Shown here in pieces: positions 19,915 to 27,804 of a stretch of DNA of 43,548 nucleotides. The stretch's first letter is position 1; each line of letters starts with the position of its first letter. The notes under the pieces are model-generated. The model searched no databases and was not told the origin of the DNA. It was given only the letters and a program-made list of their open reading frames with translations. Position numbers and translations under genes: made by a program. This stretch comes from a virus (Duplodnaviria > Caudoviricetes): the IMG/VR virus record IMGVR_UViG_3300034130_000030, positions 1-43,548 of that record; one strand, given 5' to 3'.

Positions 19915-21080
19915 TGGATGTTTACATTCTGGACCCTCTGCTTCGGCGAGACACACTGGTTGATCAGTATATTTCTCTGATCTGGACAGAGCGGTTCGCT
20001 GAAACCGGCGACTTCGAGCTGGTGCTGATATCCACCGTGGACAATCGTCGTCTGTTCAAGACAGGCGTGCAACTGGCCACAAATGTGTCATATCGCGTGA
20101 TGACGGTGGAGACTGTCGAAGCAACAACAGACTCTGACGGACGGGCAGTAATCACCGTCAAGGGTCTGTCGCTGGAGAACATTCTCAACGACCGCGTCGC
20201 CTTCGGCGTTCTTGACGACACCACTACAGTTCCAAAGTGGGTTCTGACTGGAACGCCGGGCGACGTGGCTCGTCAGATCTTCCACGATATTTGTGTGACA
20301 GGCATTCTCGATCCGGGAGATGTGATTCCCATGGTGATCGAGGGCACGATCATGCCTGATGACACACTGCCCGAGCCAATCGACCCGGTCACAGTGTCGC
20401 TAGATCCAACGACCGTGTACAACGCGATCAAGACGATCTGTGACACCTACGACCTGGGATTCCGACTACTCAGAAATCTCGACACTTCCCAATTGTACTT
20501 CGATATCTACCCGGGAAGTGACCGTACGACAAGACAAACGGATCTGCCTGCAATTGTGTTCGCTCCTGAGCTTGACACTTTGCAGAACACCAGCGAGCTG
20601 ACGTCTATATCCTTGTACAAGAACTGCGCATACGTCTTCTCGCCGGCCGGATTCGAGATTGTCTATCCGCTTGACGTGGACCCTGAAACAGCGGGGTTCG
20701 AACGCCACGTCCTGATGGTGAACGCGGACGATATTACGGAGGACAATCCGGACGTATCGGCCGCTCTAATCCAGAGAGGAAACGAGCAGCTTGCGCTTAA
20801 CCGATCTTTCTCCGCCTTCGATGGCGAGATCAACCAGAATAATCAATTTCGCTATGGCTTTGATTATTACCTTGGGGATCTCGTTGAGTTGCGTAACGTC
20901 GACGGGGCCAGCAACAGCATGCGGGTTACCGAGCAAATCTTCGTATGTGATTCCGAAGGGGAGCGGTCATATCCCACGCTAGCCGTTGCCCTGTTTATCG
21001 ACACAGGATCGTGGTTGTCGTGGATGGCAAGTCAGGTGTGGGCAGATGTAGACCCCGATCTCAACTGGGAGGACGCGTAA
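19914..21080 (+). CDS. Minor tail / baseplate hub protein (ReqiPepy6 gp37-like)
   Basis: SLIWTERF...GDFEL N-terminus and YG.DY.LGDLV C-terminus. Confidence 0.75.
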   Translation: MDVYILDPLLRRDTLVDQYISLIWTERFAETGDFELVLISTVDNRRLFKTGVQLATNVSYRVMTVETVEATTDSDGRAVITVKGLSLENILNDRVAFGVLDDTTTVPKWVLTGTPGDVARQIFHDICVTGILDPGDVIPMVIEGTIMPDDTLPEPIDPVTVSLDPTTVYNAIKTICDTYDLGFRLLRNLDTSQLYFDIYPGSDRTTRQTDLPAIVFAPELDTLQNTSELTSISLYKNCAYVFSPAGFEIVYPLDVDPETAGFERHVLMVNADDITEDNPDVSAALIQRGNEQLALNRSFSAFDGEINQNNQFRYGFDYYLGDLVELRNVDGASNSMRVTEQIFVCDSEGERSYPTLAVALFIDTGSWLSWMASQVWADVDPDLNWEDA

Positions 21081-21096
21081 TGAAGGAGGTGCAGAA

Positions 21097-21336
21097 ATGG
21101 CCGTAGGTGATAGCGCCGCAGCAGCCGGCTATCCGCTCGTACCTGATACGGGTGAGGAAGGCAAGGTTCGCTGGGGAGCACGGGAGATCAACCGAACGCG
21201 AGACCTCATCGCCCTCGTTGCTGCGCTGATTCCTTCGGGAAAGGGCGCCTACAGAACGGCAGCAGGAATCAGTTCCGGCACCGCGGATCCTTCAGGTGGT
21301 AATGACGGAGATATCTACTTCAAGATCCTTAGTTAG
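21097..21336 (+). CDS. Small minor tail protein
   Basis: Ends in GTADPSGGNDGDIYFK, a motif common in tail fibre/baseplate proteins. Confidence 0.6.
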   Translation: MAVGDSAAAAGYPLVPDTGEEGKVRWGAREINRTRDLIALVAALIPSGKGAYRTAAGISSGTADPSGGNDGDIYFKILS

Positions 21337-21344
21337 GAGGTGCC

Positions 21345-22334
21345 GTGACTGACTACACCAAGCCCACGGGCAGTACCGGCACCATGATGATCCGTGATAC
21401 CGGAACAAAGATCGAGTTCTGGCTTAAGGCTGGTTCGGCAACGTTCAATCACCAGTTGCCGTACGGCTACACGGTCAATGGAACCACCGACAATTCAAAC
21501 GAATTCAACTTCGTGTCCGGTGGCGCCTGGCAGATGCTCAAATCGTGGACAGTAAGTACGTCCCAGACAGTAACCTTCCGTCTGCAAGACACTGGTACTG
21601 CTGGGCTTGGTGGACCGACAACTCTTAGCGCAACGATCAGTCGTGCAAAGGTGCCCAGCGCACCCAGTACGCCAACAGCATCCGCGATAACTTCAACGGG
21701 TGTTGTGATCGCGTTCAGTGATGGTGCGTCGAATGGTTCCGCAATTGATTACCGTCAGATCGGTTACGGAACCTCCACCACAGTCCAGCAGACCATCATT
21801 GGCTCGGACGGAAATACCCCATTCTCAGGCCTACACCCCGGGACCACATACTACTTCTGGGCAAGAACCAGAAACGGTGTCGGATATTCGCCCTGGTCAC
21901 CTCGCAAGACCGTAGTGACGCTGGACGAACCAGGTACCTCAGGGATTCTGGTTCTCACCGATGTCGACCAGACCTCTGTCGTGGGTTCATTCCTCGACGG
22001 TCCTGAGAATGGCTCGGTGACCCTGCAACGCCAGATCGGATACGGGACAGATCCGATCACTCCAACAAGCACGGCAGATACATCAGGCAACGGACGCGCT
22101 CGAGAAATCGACGGCTTACTCCCAGGGACTCTATATTACTTCAGAACTAGAACCAGGAACTCTGTTGGCTGGAGTCCTTGGTCCACAGCGATTAGCGCAA
22201 CTACAGTTGCAGGAGCCTTCGTCAAAGTTGGCGCTGTGTGGTTGCCGGCAATCCCCTATGTACGAGTCGGGGGCGTGTGGAAAGTTGCTCGTCCGTGGAG
22301 TAGTGCTGTTGGCGTGTGGAAGGAGACCGTCTAA
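21345..22334 (+). CDS. Minor tail protein with two fibronectin type III domains
   Basis: Two GL.PGT.YYF..RTRN.VG.SPWS repeats, plus C-terminal VKVG.VW repeats. Confidence 0.8.
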   Translation: MTDYTKPTGSTGTMMIRDTGTKIEFWLKAGSATFNHQLPYGYTVNGTTDNSNEFNFVSGGAWQMLKSWTVSTSQTVTFRLQDTGTAGLGGPTTLSATISRAKVPSAPSTPTASAITSTGVVIAFSDGASNGSAIDYRQIGYGTSTTVQQTIIGSDGNTPFSGLHPGTTYYFWARTRNGVGYSPWSPRKTVVTLDEPGTSGILVLTDVDQTSVVGSFLDGPENGSVTLQRQIGYGTDPITPTSTADTSGNGRAREIDGLLPGTLYYFRTRTRNSVGWSPWSTAISATTVAGAFVKVGAVWLPAIPYVRVGGVWKVARPWSSAVGVWKETV

Positions 22335-22624
22335 TGTTTGAGGGCGTTCCCGTGGAGAAGTTAACCGCGCCAGTCCTTCTGGGCATCGCGATTCTGATGC
22401 TTTTGATGGGCTGGCTCGTGCCGCGTCGGACGTACAAGGACAAGCAAGACGAGTCCGAACGCTGGCGGATGGCATATGAAACAGAACAAGAGGCACGTAG
22501 GACCTCAGATGCTCAGACCACAGAACTCCTCGAGGTTGCTCGAACCACACATGCTCTGATTGTCGCCTTCTTCGGCAATAAAGATCTATTGCGGTCGACG
22601 GGAGGCAAGGATGTGGCCTCGTAA
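22334..22624 (+). CDS. Membrane protein (lysis cassette)
   Basis: One TM segment followed by GWLVPR and a coiled coil. ATG overlaps the upstream stop. Confidence 0.6.
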   Translation: MFEGVPVEKLTAPVLLGIAILMLLMGWLVPRRTYKDKQDESERWRMAYETEQEARRTSDAQTTELLEVARTTHALIVAFFGNKDLLRSTGGKDVAS

Positions 22625-22793
22625 AGAAAAGAAGGAAACCGATTCGGTCAGGGCGCTAGAAGATGCTGCCCAGCAATTGAAGCGGATACAAGAAAGAGGA
22701 CCTGCAGTTGCACAAGAATCTCGGGGCTTGCGCAGAATCAGAGAACGGAATCACTTCGTCGAGGAGCTACAAATCATAATGAGAGGTTCGTGA
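22611..22793 (+). CDS. Small hypothetical protein (lysis region)
   Basis: GGAGG RBS, MWPRK...RERNHF, 60 aa. Confidence 0.55.
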   Translation: MWPRKEKKETDSVRALEDAAQQLKRIQERGPAVAQESRGLRRIRERNHFVEELQIIMRGS

Positions 22794-23122
22794 TGCACAT
22801 GACCATTGATGACGTTGTTGCTTGGTCTCGCGTTCTACTCGTCATCGCTGCGATTTGCACCACGTCGTTCCCGTTCCTATACCTGTTCTCGCCCTGGTAC
22901 AGAACCATGCTCGGACGTACGCTGATGTTCCAATCAGCAATCGTGGCGATCACAATTGACCTGAAGTTGATTCTAACAATCAAGCCGACGAGAAATCGAA
23001 CGTTCTTGGTTTGGTTCAACTTCTGGGTCTTGCTGTTGATCACCCTATCCTCAGCAGCTCTCACAGTGTTGCTATGGGGTCTGCAACACTCACGCAAAGA
23101 CAAGGAGAAGCACTATGGTTGA
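22790..23122 (+). CDS. Three-TM membrane protein, holin-like
   Basis: Three hydrophobic segments, PWYRT.LGR loop, charged C-terminus. Confidence 0.6.
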   Translation: MMHMTIDDVVAWSRVLLVIAAICTTSFPFLYLFSPWYRTMLGRTLMFQSAIVAITIDLKLILTIKPTRNRTFLVWFNFWVLLLITLSSAALTVLLWGLQHSRKDKEKHYG

Positions 23123-23474
23123 AGAGCCGAAGCGGGATCATATCCTGTCGACCAAGATGTACGACGTCCTGAAGCCGATCACGACTACAGTGCTTCCCGG
23201 TCTGACTGCACTGTACGTGGCCCTGGGAGCTATCTGGGGTCTGCCGGCTGTCGATCAGGTGGTAGGTACGGTCGCCGCTGTGAACGTATTCCTTGGTCTG
23301 CTTCTTCAGCTGGCCACTGCGTCCTACAACAACAGCGACAGCAAATACGCCGGCACCCTGAATGTGATCGAGACGCCGGAGAAGAAGACTTACCAGTTGG
23401 ACGTCACTGGTAATCCGGAGGCTCTGGAGAAGAGTGGACCGGTGCAGTTCAAGGTCAACAAGAACGGGTATTAG
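23115..23474 (+). CDS. Holin (Dp-1 family-like)
   Basis: LS.K.YDVLK....VLP....LY.AL..IWGLP...QVVGT..AV..FLG pattern. Confidence 0.8.
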   Translation: MVEEPKRDHILSTKMYDVLKPITTTVLPGLTALYVALGAIWGLPAVDQVVGTVAAVNVFLGLLLQLATASYNNSDSKYAGTLNVIETPEKKTYQLDVTGNPEALEKSGPVQFKVNKNGY

Positions 23475-23475
23475 G

Positions 23476-23508
23476 TCGCACGAAAAACTTCTCCTATAAT
23501 GAGACCCC
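23476..23508 (+). promoter_or_regulatory. Cassette promoter-like motif copy 1
   Basis: tcgca-cgaaaaacttctccta-taatgagacccc. Confidence 0.8.
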
Positions 23509-23524
23509 CTAACTAGGAGAACTG

Positions 23525-23806
23525 ATGTTCAAGAAGACCGAACCCACGTTCGAGTTCCAGGATGTCCTCGACCAATTGCACACGCAGCTAATCCTTCAGG
23601 ATGTCCGCGGTGAGAATTTCGACAAGATTTCTGATCAGATTGTCAAGCTGTCTAAGCTGAAGAACGAAAGTTCAACGCCCAAGATTTCGCCTGACACTCT
23701 GGCCCAGATCGCCGGAAGCCTCGCTGGGATCATCCTGATCATCGGCCACGAACGTGCGAACGTCGTTGCGTCCAAGGCACTCAGCTTCGTGATGAAGCTT
23801 CGCTGA
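23525..23806 (+). CDS. Small membrane protein (cassette 1)
   Basis: TAGGAG RBS, 93 aa, hydrophobic segment near the C-terminus. Confidence 0.75.
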   Translation: MFKKTEPTFEFQDVLDQLHTQLILQDVRGENFDKISDQIVKLSKLKNESSTPKISPDTLAQIAGSLAGIILIIGHERANVVASKALSFVMKLR

Positions 23807-23831
23807 CCCAGATCCAAACAGGCAATCGAAT

Positions 23832-23874
23832 GTAGACGGCGTGTAAGAGTAATCAAAACTTACACGCCGTCTAC
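23832..23874 (+). terminator. Perfect 16-bp hairpin after cassette 1
   Basis: gtagacggcgtgtaag / cttacacgccgtctac with an 11-nt loop, followed by T-rich sequence. Confidence 0.7.
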
Positions 23875-23909
23875 GTTTCGCCACTTTTACTTTGCATGTA
23901 TTTTTTAGC

Positions 23910-23942
23910 TCGCACAAAAAACTTCTCCTATAATGAGACCCC
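23910..23942 (+). promoter_or_regulatory. Cassette promoter-like motif copy 2
   Basis: tcgca-caaaaaacttctccta-taatgagacccc. Confidence 0.8.
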
Positions 23943-23959
23943 ATCAACCAAGGAGAACC

Positions 23960-24175
23960 ATGTTTAAGAATCGTTCACTCCAGGTCAAGATGGTCAACGA
24001 CAAGACCGACCCAGCCATTACCAACGCGCTAGCCAACATTGACTTCGAACAGATCGACACGATCGTTCGTAAGTACGTGAAGGCTGCCGCCATTGGTGGT
24101 GTACTGATCTACGCCGCCGTCAAGACCATCGACACCACAAGTGAAGTGATTGTGAACATCGCCCCCAAGCGATGA
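23960..24175 (+). CDS. Small membrane protein (cassette 2), 71 aa
   Basis: AAGGAG RBS, ATG 23960, hydrophobic segment AAAIGGVLIYAAV. Confidence 0.75.
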   Translation: MFKNRSLQVKMVNDKTDPAITNALANIDFEQIDTIVRKYVKAAAIGGVLIYAAVKTIDTTSEVIVNIAPKR

Positions 24176-24180
24176 CCATC

Positions 24181-24213
24181 AAGCTTATAAACCCTAACCC
24201 GGTTTATAGGTTT
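24181..24213 (+). terminator. CTAACCC-loop hairpin
   Basis: aagcttataaacc-ctaaccc-ggtttataggttt. Confidence 0.7.
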
Positions 24214-24216
24214 GCC

Positions 24217-24249
24217 TCGCAAAAAATACATGCCCTGTAATGAGACCCC
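24217..24249 (+). promoter_or_regulatory. Cassette promoter-like motif copy 3
   Basis: tcgca-aaaaatacatgccctg-taatgagacccc. Confidence 0.8.
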
Positions 24250-24265
24250 TACAAAGGAGAATGAC

Positions 24266-24403
24266 ATGTTCAGCAGTATCAAGAACTTCAGCCTCGACCA
24301 CCCGATCATCGTCGGCTACGCTACCACAGCGGCAGCCGTCGTTGTGACGGTCGTCGTCAGCACGAAGATCGACAACTACCTGACCAAGAACGAATCCGAG
24401 TAA
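24266..24403 (+). CDS. Small membrane protein (cassette 3), 45 aa
   Basis: AAAGGAG RBS, MFSSIKNFSLDHP followed by a TM segment. Confidence 0.75.
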   Translation: MFSSIKNFSLDHPIIVGYATTAAAVVVTVVVSTKIDNYLTKNESE

Positions 24404-24410
24404 CACTCAC

Positions 24411-24439
24411 GCCTATAAACCCTAACCCGGTTTATAGGT
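24411..24439 (+). terminator. CTAACCC-loop hairpin
   Basis: gcctataaacc-ctaaccc-ggtttataggt. Confidence 0.7.
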
Positions 24440-24444
24440 TTGCC

Positions 24445-24473
24445 TCGCAAAAAATACACACTGTATAATGAGA
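24445..24473 (+). promoter_or_regulatory. Cassette promoter-like motif copy 4 (no CCCC, no adjacent RBS)
   Basis: tcgca-aaaaatacacactgta-taatgaga. Confidence 0.75.
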
Positions 24474-24549
24474 GAAGTCCTCGATTAGAAGAGGCCAAGC
24501 CGTAACAAGTATCAAATGCGGAAATAGGTTTAAGCCCTATACTTCTCTT
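24470..24549 (+). ncRNA. Candidate cloverleaf (four-way junction) small RNA
   Basis: Closing stem agagaagt/acttctct plus three internal hairpins, followed by a T run. Folded by eye. Confidence 0.55.
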
Positions 24550-24587
24550 TTAATTTTCGCCCCCCACCCTCATCAAAGGAGCACGTC

Positions 24588-25025
24588 ATGGTGGACTTCG
24601 CATTGGGAATCTGCACCGTCACAGGAGCAATCGTTCTGTGTGGACTGGCGCTCTGCGTCATCAGTCTGTTGATCTTCGGCTTGCTCATGCTGTTGGATCG
24701 TCAGATGGACAAGTGGCAGGCTCGCCATGCCGGCGAGAAGATGGAGAAGACGGAGAACTGGGAAACTCGATACGACCGGGACGCGGCCTCGCTCGAGTTC
24801 GAGGACATGATCTTCGGTCACAAGAGTGCCGCACAGGTCGAGGAAGAAGCTCGTATGATGAACTACGTCGTAGATGACGTAAAGCTCACCAACGATCTCT
24901 TCAGCCAAAAACACCCGGACAGTGGTGAGAACGCAGTACACGCAGACTCGGCCGCAACACAATTCATGGACAAGGTGGAGGTACTGGGTGATGAGCAATT
25001 TCAGGGAGCTCGCCACAAGGGCTGA
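24588..25025 (+). CDS. Membrane-anchored hypothetical protein
   Basis: AAAGGAG RBS, long N-terminal hydrophobic segment, acidic soluble domain. Confidence 0.7.
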   Translation: MVDFALGICTVTGAIVLCGLALCVISLLIFGLLMLLDRQMDKWQARHAGEKMEKTENWETRYDRDAASLEFEDMIFGHKSAAQVEEEARMMNYVVDDVKLTNDLFSQKHPDSGENAVHADSAATQFMDKVEVLGDEQFQGARHKG

Positions 25026-25755
25026 GCGGATCGTTGCGGATAACTCCCCGACGATCCTCACAGCCATCGGTGTCACAGGAACCGTAGCGACGGCGGTTCT
25101 GACCGGCAAGGCCACATACAAGTACATGGAACTACTGGAGGAACTGAAGGAGTATGACCGAGAACACCCCGTCGAACTCACAGGACGAGAGCACGTCGAG
25201 CTCGCCTGGAAGTTCTACATCCCGGCTGTGGGATCAGGAGTACTCACAATCGCGGCTATCATCGGCGCTAACCGAGTGGGAACGCGAAGAGCGGCTGGCC
25301 TTGCAGCTGCGTATGCTTTATCCGAGAAAGCATTTGTGGAGTACCGGGATAAAGTTGCAGAGCGACTGACTCCTGCAAAGGAGATGGCGATCCGTGACGA
25401 GGTTGCTCAGGATCGTCTCTCCCGTACTCCAGGCAGTTCCGAAATCGTGATCGTCGGTACGGACGTGCTCTGCATGGACGCATATTCCGGCCGATACTTC
25501 ACGAGCAACATGGAGGCGTTGAAGAAGGCTCAGAACGATCTGAACTACAGAGTCCTCAACGACATGTACGCATCGCTGTCCGACTTCTACAACCTGATCG
25601 GCCTCTCTACTACGTCGATGTCAGACGAGGTCGGTTGGAAGTCGGACAAGCCGATGGAGATCCACTTCACCACAGGCCTTGCTGAGGATGGCCGGCCGTG
25701 TATTGTCCTGAACTTCATGGTCGAGCCCATGCGGGACTACACCAGACTCTGGTAG
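24991..25755 (+). CDS. DUF6353-like protein, paralogue A
   Basis: NSPTILT.IGV.G.V.TAVL..KAT...AAAY...F.EYR...SGRYF...GW. Start set at ATG 24991. Confidence 0.75.
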   Translation: MSNFRELATRAERIVADNSPTILTAIGVTGTVATAVLTGKATYKYMELLEELKEYDREHPVELTGREHVELAWKFYIPAVGSGVLTIAAIIGANRVGTRRAAGLAAAYALSEKAFVEYRDKVAERLTPAKEMAIRDEVAQDRLSRTPGSSEIVIVGTDVLCMDAYSGRYFTSNMEALKKAQNDLNYRVLNDMYASLSDFYNLIGLSTTSMSDEVGWKSDKPMEIHFTTGLAEDGRPCIVLNFMVEPMRDYTRLW

Positions 25756-25756
25756 A

Positions 25757-25789
25757 TCGCAGGAAATACACGCCCTGTAATGAGACCCC
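25757..25789 (+). promoter_or_regulatory. Cassette promoter-like motif copy 5
   Basis: tcgca-ggaaatacacgccctg-taatgagacccc. Confidence 0.8.
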
Positions 25790-25808
25790 ATCAACCAAGG
25801 AGCCAGAC

Positions 25809-25991
25809 ATGAAGAACCCCGTTCGCATCGGCCAGACCTTCGTTGTCCGGAACAAGACCAAGATCGTCGTTGCCGTCGCCGCCACAGCCGTGGTCGTGAT
25901 TGCAGCGCAGAGAGCGGGCTTGAACCAGCACAACGAGTTTCTAAAAGAGAAGAACCTGTTCGACGAGTACTACGCCCCCCAGGAAGACTGA
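25809..25991 (+). CDS. Small membrane protein (cassette 5), 60 aa
   Basis: AAGGAG RBS, basic N-terminus, TM IVVAVAATAVVVIAA, then NEFLKEKNL.DEYY. Confidence 0.75.
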   Translation: MKNPVRIGQTFVVRNKTKIVVAVAATAVVVIAAQRAGLNQHNEFLKEKNLFDEYYAPQED

Positions 25992-26003
25992 CCCTCAACC
26001 CAA

Positions 26004-26040
26004 AAGAGCTGTAAGACGCTAATCCCGTCTTATAGCTTTT
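26004..26040 (+). terminator. CTAATCC-loop hairpin
   Basis: aagagctgtaagacg-ctaatcc-cgtcttatagctttt. Confidence 0.7.
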
Positions 26041-26057
26041 TGCCTGAAAGGAATCGC

Positions 26058-26546
26058 ATGTACAAGAAGGAAATCCATTTCGAGGACCTCGACGGCAACC
26101 CCACTTCGGAGGTGTTCTACTTCAACCTCTCCCGAGCCGAGCTGGCTGAAATGGAAATGTTCGAAGAGGGCGGCATGAAGGCCCGGCTCGAGACGATCAT
26201 CGCGTCCAACGATCCCAAGCAGATCGTGACCGAGTTCAAGAAGCTGATCCTCGCATCGCACGGTCAGCGGTCCGGCGACAACAAACACTTCATCAAGAAT
26301 GAAGAGATCACGCAGATGTTCGCCGGCACCGATGCCTACTCGGAGCTTCTGTACGAGATGTACACCAACGCCAACGCGGCCGCGGAGTTCATGAACGGCA
26401 TCGTTCCGAAGCAGCCGCAGGATCACAAGAACATCCTCGACACTCCTCTGCCGATCGAGGATGTTAAGCCGGCGGACGATCTGGTCGGTAAGTCAGTCGA
26501 GGAACTCCGCGAGATGCTCCGGGCTCGACCGGTTTCCGGAGGCTGA
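26058..26546 (+). CDS. Conserved hypothetical phage protein
   Basis: AAAGGA RBS, ATG 26058, KKEI.FEDLDGN...E.FYFNLS.AEL motif. Confidence 0.7.
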   Translation: MYKKEIHFEDLDGNPTSEVFYFNLSRAELAEMEMFEEGGMKARLETIIASNDPKQIVTEFKKLILASHGQRSGDNKHFIKNEEITQMFAGTDAYSELLYEMYTNANAAAEFMNGIVPKQPQDHKNILDTPLPIEDVKPADDLVGKSVEELREMLRARPVSGG

Positions 26547-26550
26547 TCTA

Positions 26551-26660
26551 CGAGGGTGGGGAACTGGCAAGGGCCCGTCGCGGGGTCTCACCCTTGTCCG
26601 GATGCCAGTTTTAAACGACCGCCGTAGTGCGCCCTCCCGCGAAAAGGTGCCCCTACCTCG
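26551..26660 (+). ncRNA. Candidate structured RNA with kissing-loop/pseudoknot
   Basis: Closing stem 26551-61/26650-60. Inner stems aactggc/gccagtt, aaggg/ccctt and gcgcc/ggtgc. Complementary loop segments tcgcggg (26578-84) and cccgcga (26636-42). Confidence 0.5.
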
Positions 26661-26690
26661 CAGCAAAAACACGTACTGTAATGAGACCCC
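26658..26690 (+). promoter_or_regulatory. Cassette promoter-like motif copy 6
   Basis: tcgca-gcaaaaacacgtactg-taatgagacccc. Confidence 0.8.
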
Positions 26691-26710
26691 TACGAATAAA
26701 GGATACCCCC

Positions 26711-26962
26711 ATGACCAAGATCGAACTAGCCAAAGCCGCAGTTGGATTCGTTGTTGGCGCCGGTACTTCCAAGATCGCGGGCAGCATCATCCGAAACAAC
26801 GTTTCGCCCGACAAGGTTACCGACCAGGTAGCTGTCGTCAGTGCGACCGTTGTCATCGGAATGATGGCTGCCGACGCGACCCGGAAGTACACCGACGACA
26901 AGATCGATGAAGCTGTTGCCTGGTACCGCATCAACGTACTGAAGATTCCCGCCGACTCGTAA
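26711..26962 (+). CDS. Small membrane-associated protein (cassette 6), 83 aa
   Basis: AAAGGA RBS, ATG 26711, two moderately hydrophobic segments. Confidence 0.75.
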   Translation: MTKIELAKAAVGFVVGAGTSKIAGSIIRNNVSPDKVTDQVAVVSATVVIGMMAADATRKYTDDKIDEAVAWYRINVLKIPADS

Positions 26963-26968
26963 CCACTC

Positions 26969-27003
26969 AAAACCTTAAGACCCTAAACCCGTCTTATGGT
27001 TTT
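26969..27003 (+). terminator. CCTAAACCC-loop hairpin
   Basis: aaaaccttaagac-cctaaaccc-gtcttatggtttt. Confidence 0.7.
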
Positions 27004-27020
27004 ATCGAAATGAGGACTTC

Positions 27021-27653
27021 ATGGAAAGCGAGTTTCCCAGCAACAACTACAAGGGCAAGGCTAAGCCGGCAGCCGAACCTGACGAGAAAAAGATCGAGCG
27101 TGTAACCGAGGGCGAAGTCATTCGTCGCAAGAAGCCCTTGGGTAAACGACTCAGGGAAATGTTCATCGGTGGAGACGCGTCTTCTGTTTGGTCCTACGTG
27201 GTGCTCGAGGTGTTCGTGCCGGCAGCCAGGGACATGATGGCGGACATGGCTACACAAGGTGTGGAACGGATGGTGTTCGGAGAGGCTCGATCGACCAGTA
27301 GACGTACTGGACTCGGCCCGCGAACCACGTCCGGATACACCAGCTACAATCGTTACGCCCAGCAGCCTCGGCAAGAACCACGGGCTGATCTGAGCAGACG
27401 AGCACGAGCCAATCACGACTTTGATGAGATCATCCTCGCCACCAGAGGTGAAGCTCAGGAAGTCCTCGATCGGCTGTTCGATCTGGTGGCCCGGTACGAA
27501 ACGGCTACGGTCGCTGACTTGTACGAACTGGTCGGCGTTACCGGTAGCTACACGGACGACAAGTGGGGCTGGACGGATATTCGTGACGCTGACATCAAGC
27601 GGGTCAGTCACGGATACCTGCTCGACCTCCCGAAGCCAGAACCGATCCGGTAA
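27021..27653 (+). CDS. Conserved hypothetical protein
   Basis: 210 aa, C-terminal ATVADLYELVG...DDKWGWTD. Confidence 0.75.
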   Translation: MESEFPSNNYKGKAKPAAEPDEKKIERVTEGEVIRRKKPLGKRLREMFIGGDASSVWSYVVLEVFVPAARDMMADMATQGVERMVFGEARSTSRRTGLGPRTTSGYTSYNRYAQQPRQEPRADLSRRARANHDFDEIILATRGEAQEVLDRLFDLVARYETATVADLYELVGVTGSYTDDKWGWTDIRDADIKRVSHGYLLDLPKPEPIR

Positions 27654-27796
27654 TGGCAAATCCACAAGAGGTAAGAGCGAACCTCTCTGCTGCATATCCT
27701 GGCAAGAAGTGGAAGCTCAAAGTGTCAATGATGTCAGACCTACAAGCTCTGGCCATCTATCTCAAACTCATCAAACAAGGCAAGATCAAACTCTAA
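27653..27796 (+). CDS. 47-aa basic protein (not in ORF track)
   Basis: TAATG coupling to the upstream gene. MANPQEVRANLSAAYPGKKWKLKVSMMSDLQALAIYLKLIKQGKIKL fills the gap up to the next RBS. Confidence 0.7.
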   Translation: MANPQEVRANLSAAYPGKKWKLKVSMMSDLQALAIYLKLIKQGKIKL

Positions 27797-27804
27797 GGAG
27801 AACC

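Larger units (their letters stand above)
24186..24458 (+). repeat. 45-bp exact direct repeat flanking cassette 3
   Basis: tataaaccctaacccggtttataggtttgcctcgcaaaaaataca at 24186-24230 and 24414-24458. Confidence 0.95.

Noticed and set aside
24192-24200. CCCTAACCC as a telomere-like repeat
   Set aside because: Single copies in hairpin loops, not tandem; the resemblance is treated as coincidental.
24470-24549. Canonical tRNA, hammerhead or pistol ribozyme
   Set aside because: No CCA or proper anticodon loop. GAAA-stem-UA resembles half a hammerhead but CUGAUGA is absent. AAAUAG..UUAAGCCCUA resembles pistol but the pseudoknot partner is missing.
23476-26690. Repeated motifs as a CRISPR array
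   Set aside because: Spacing is irregular (228 to over 1300 bp), the intervening sequences are genes with an RBS, and there is no cas operon.
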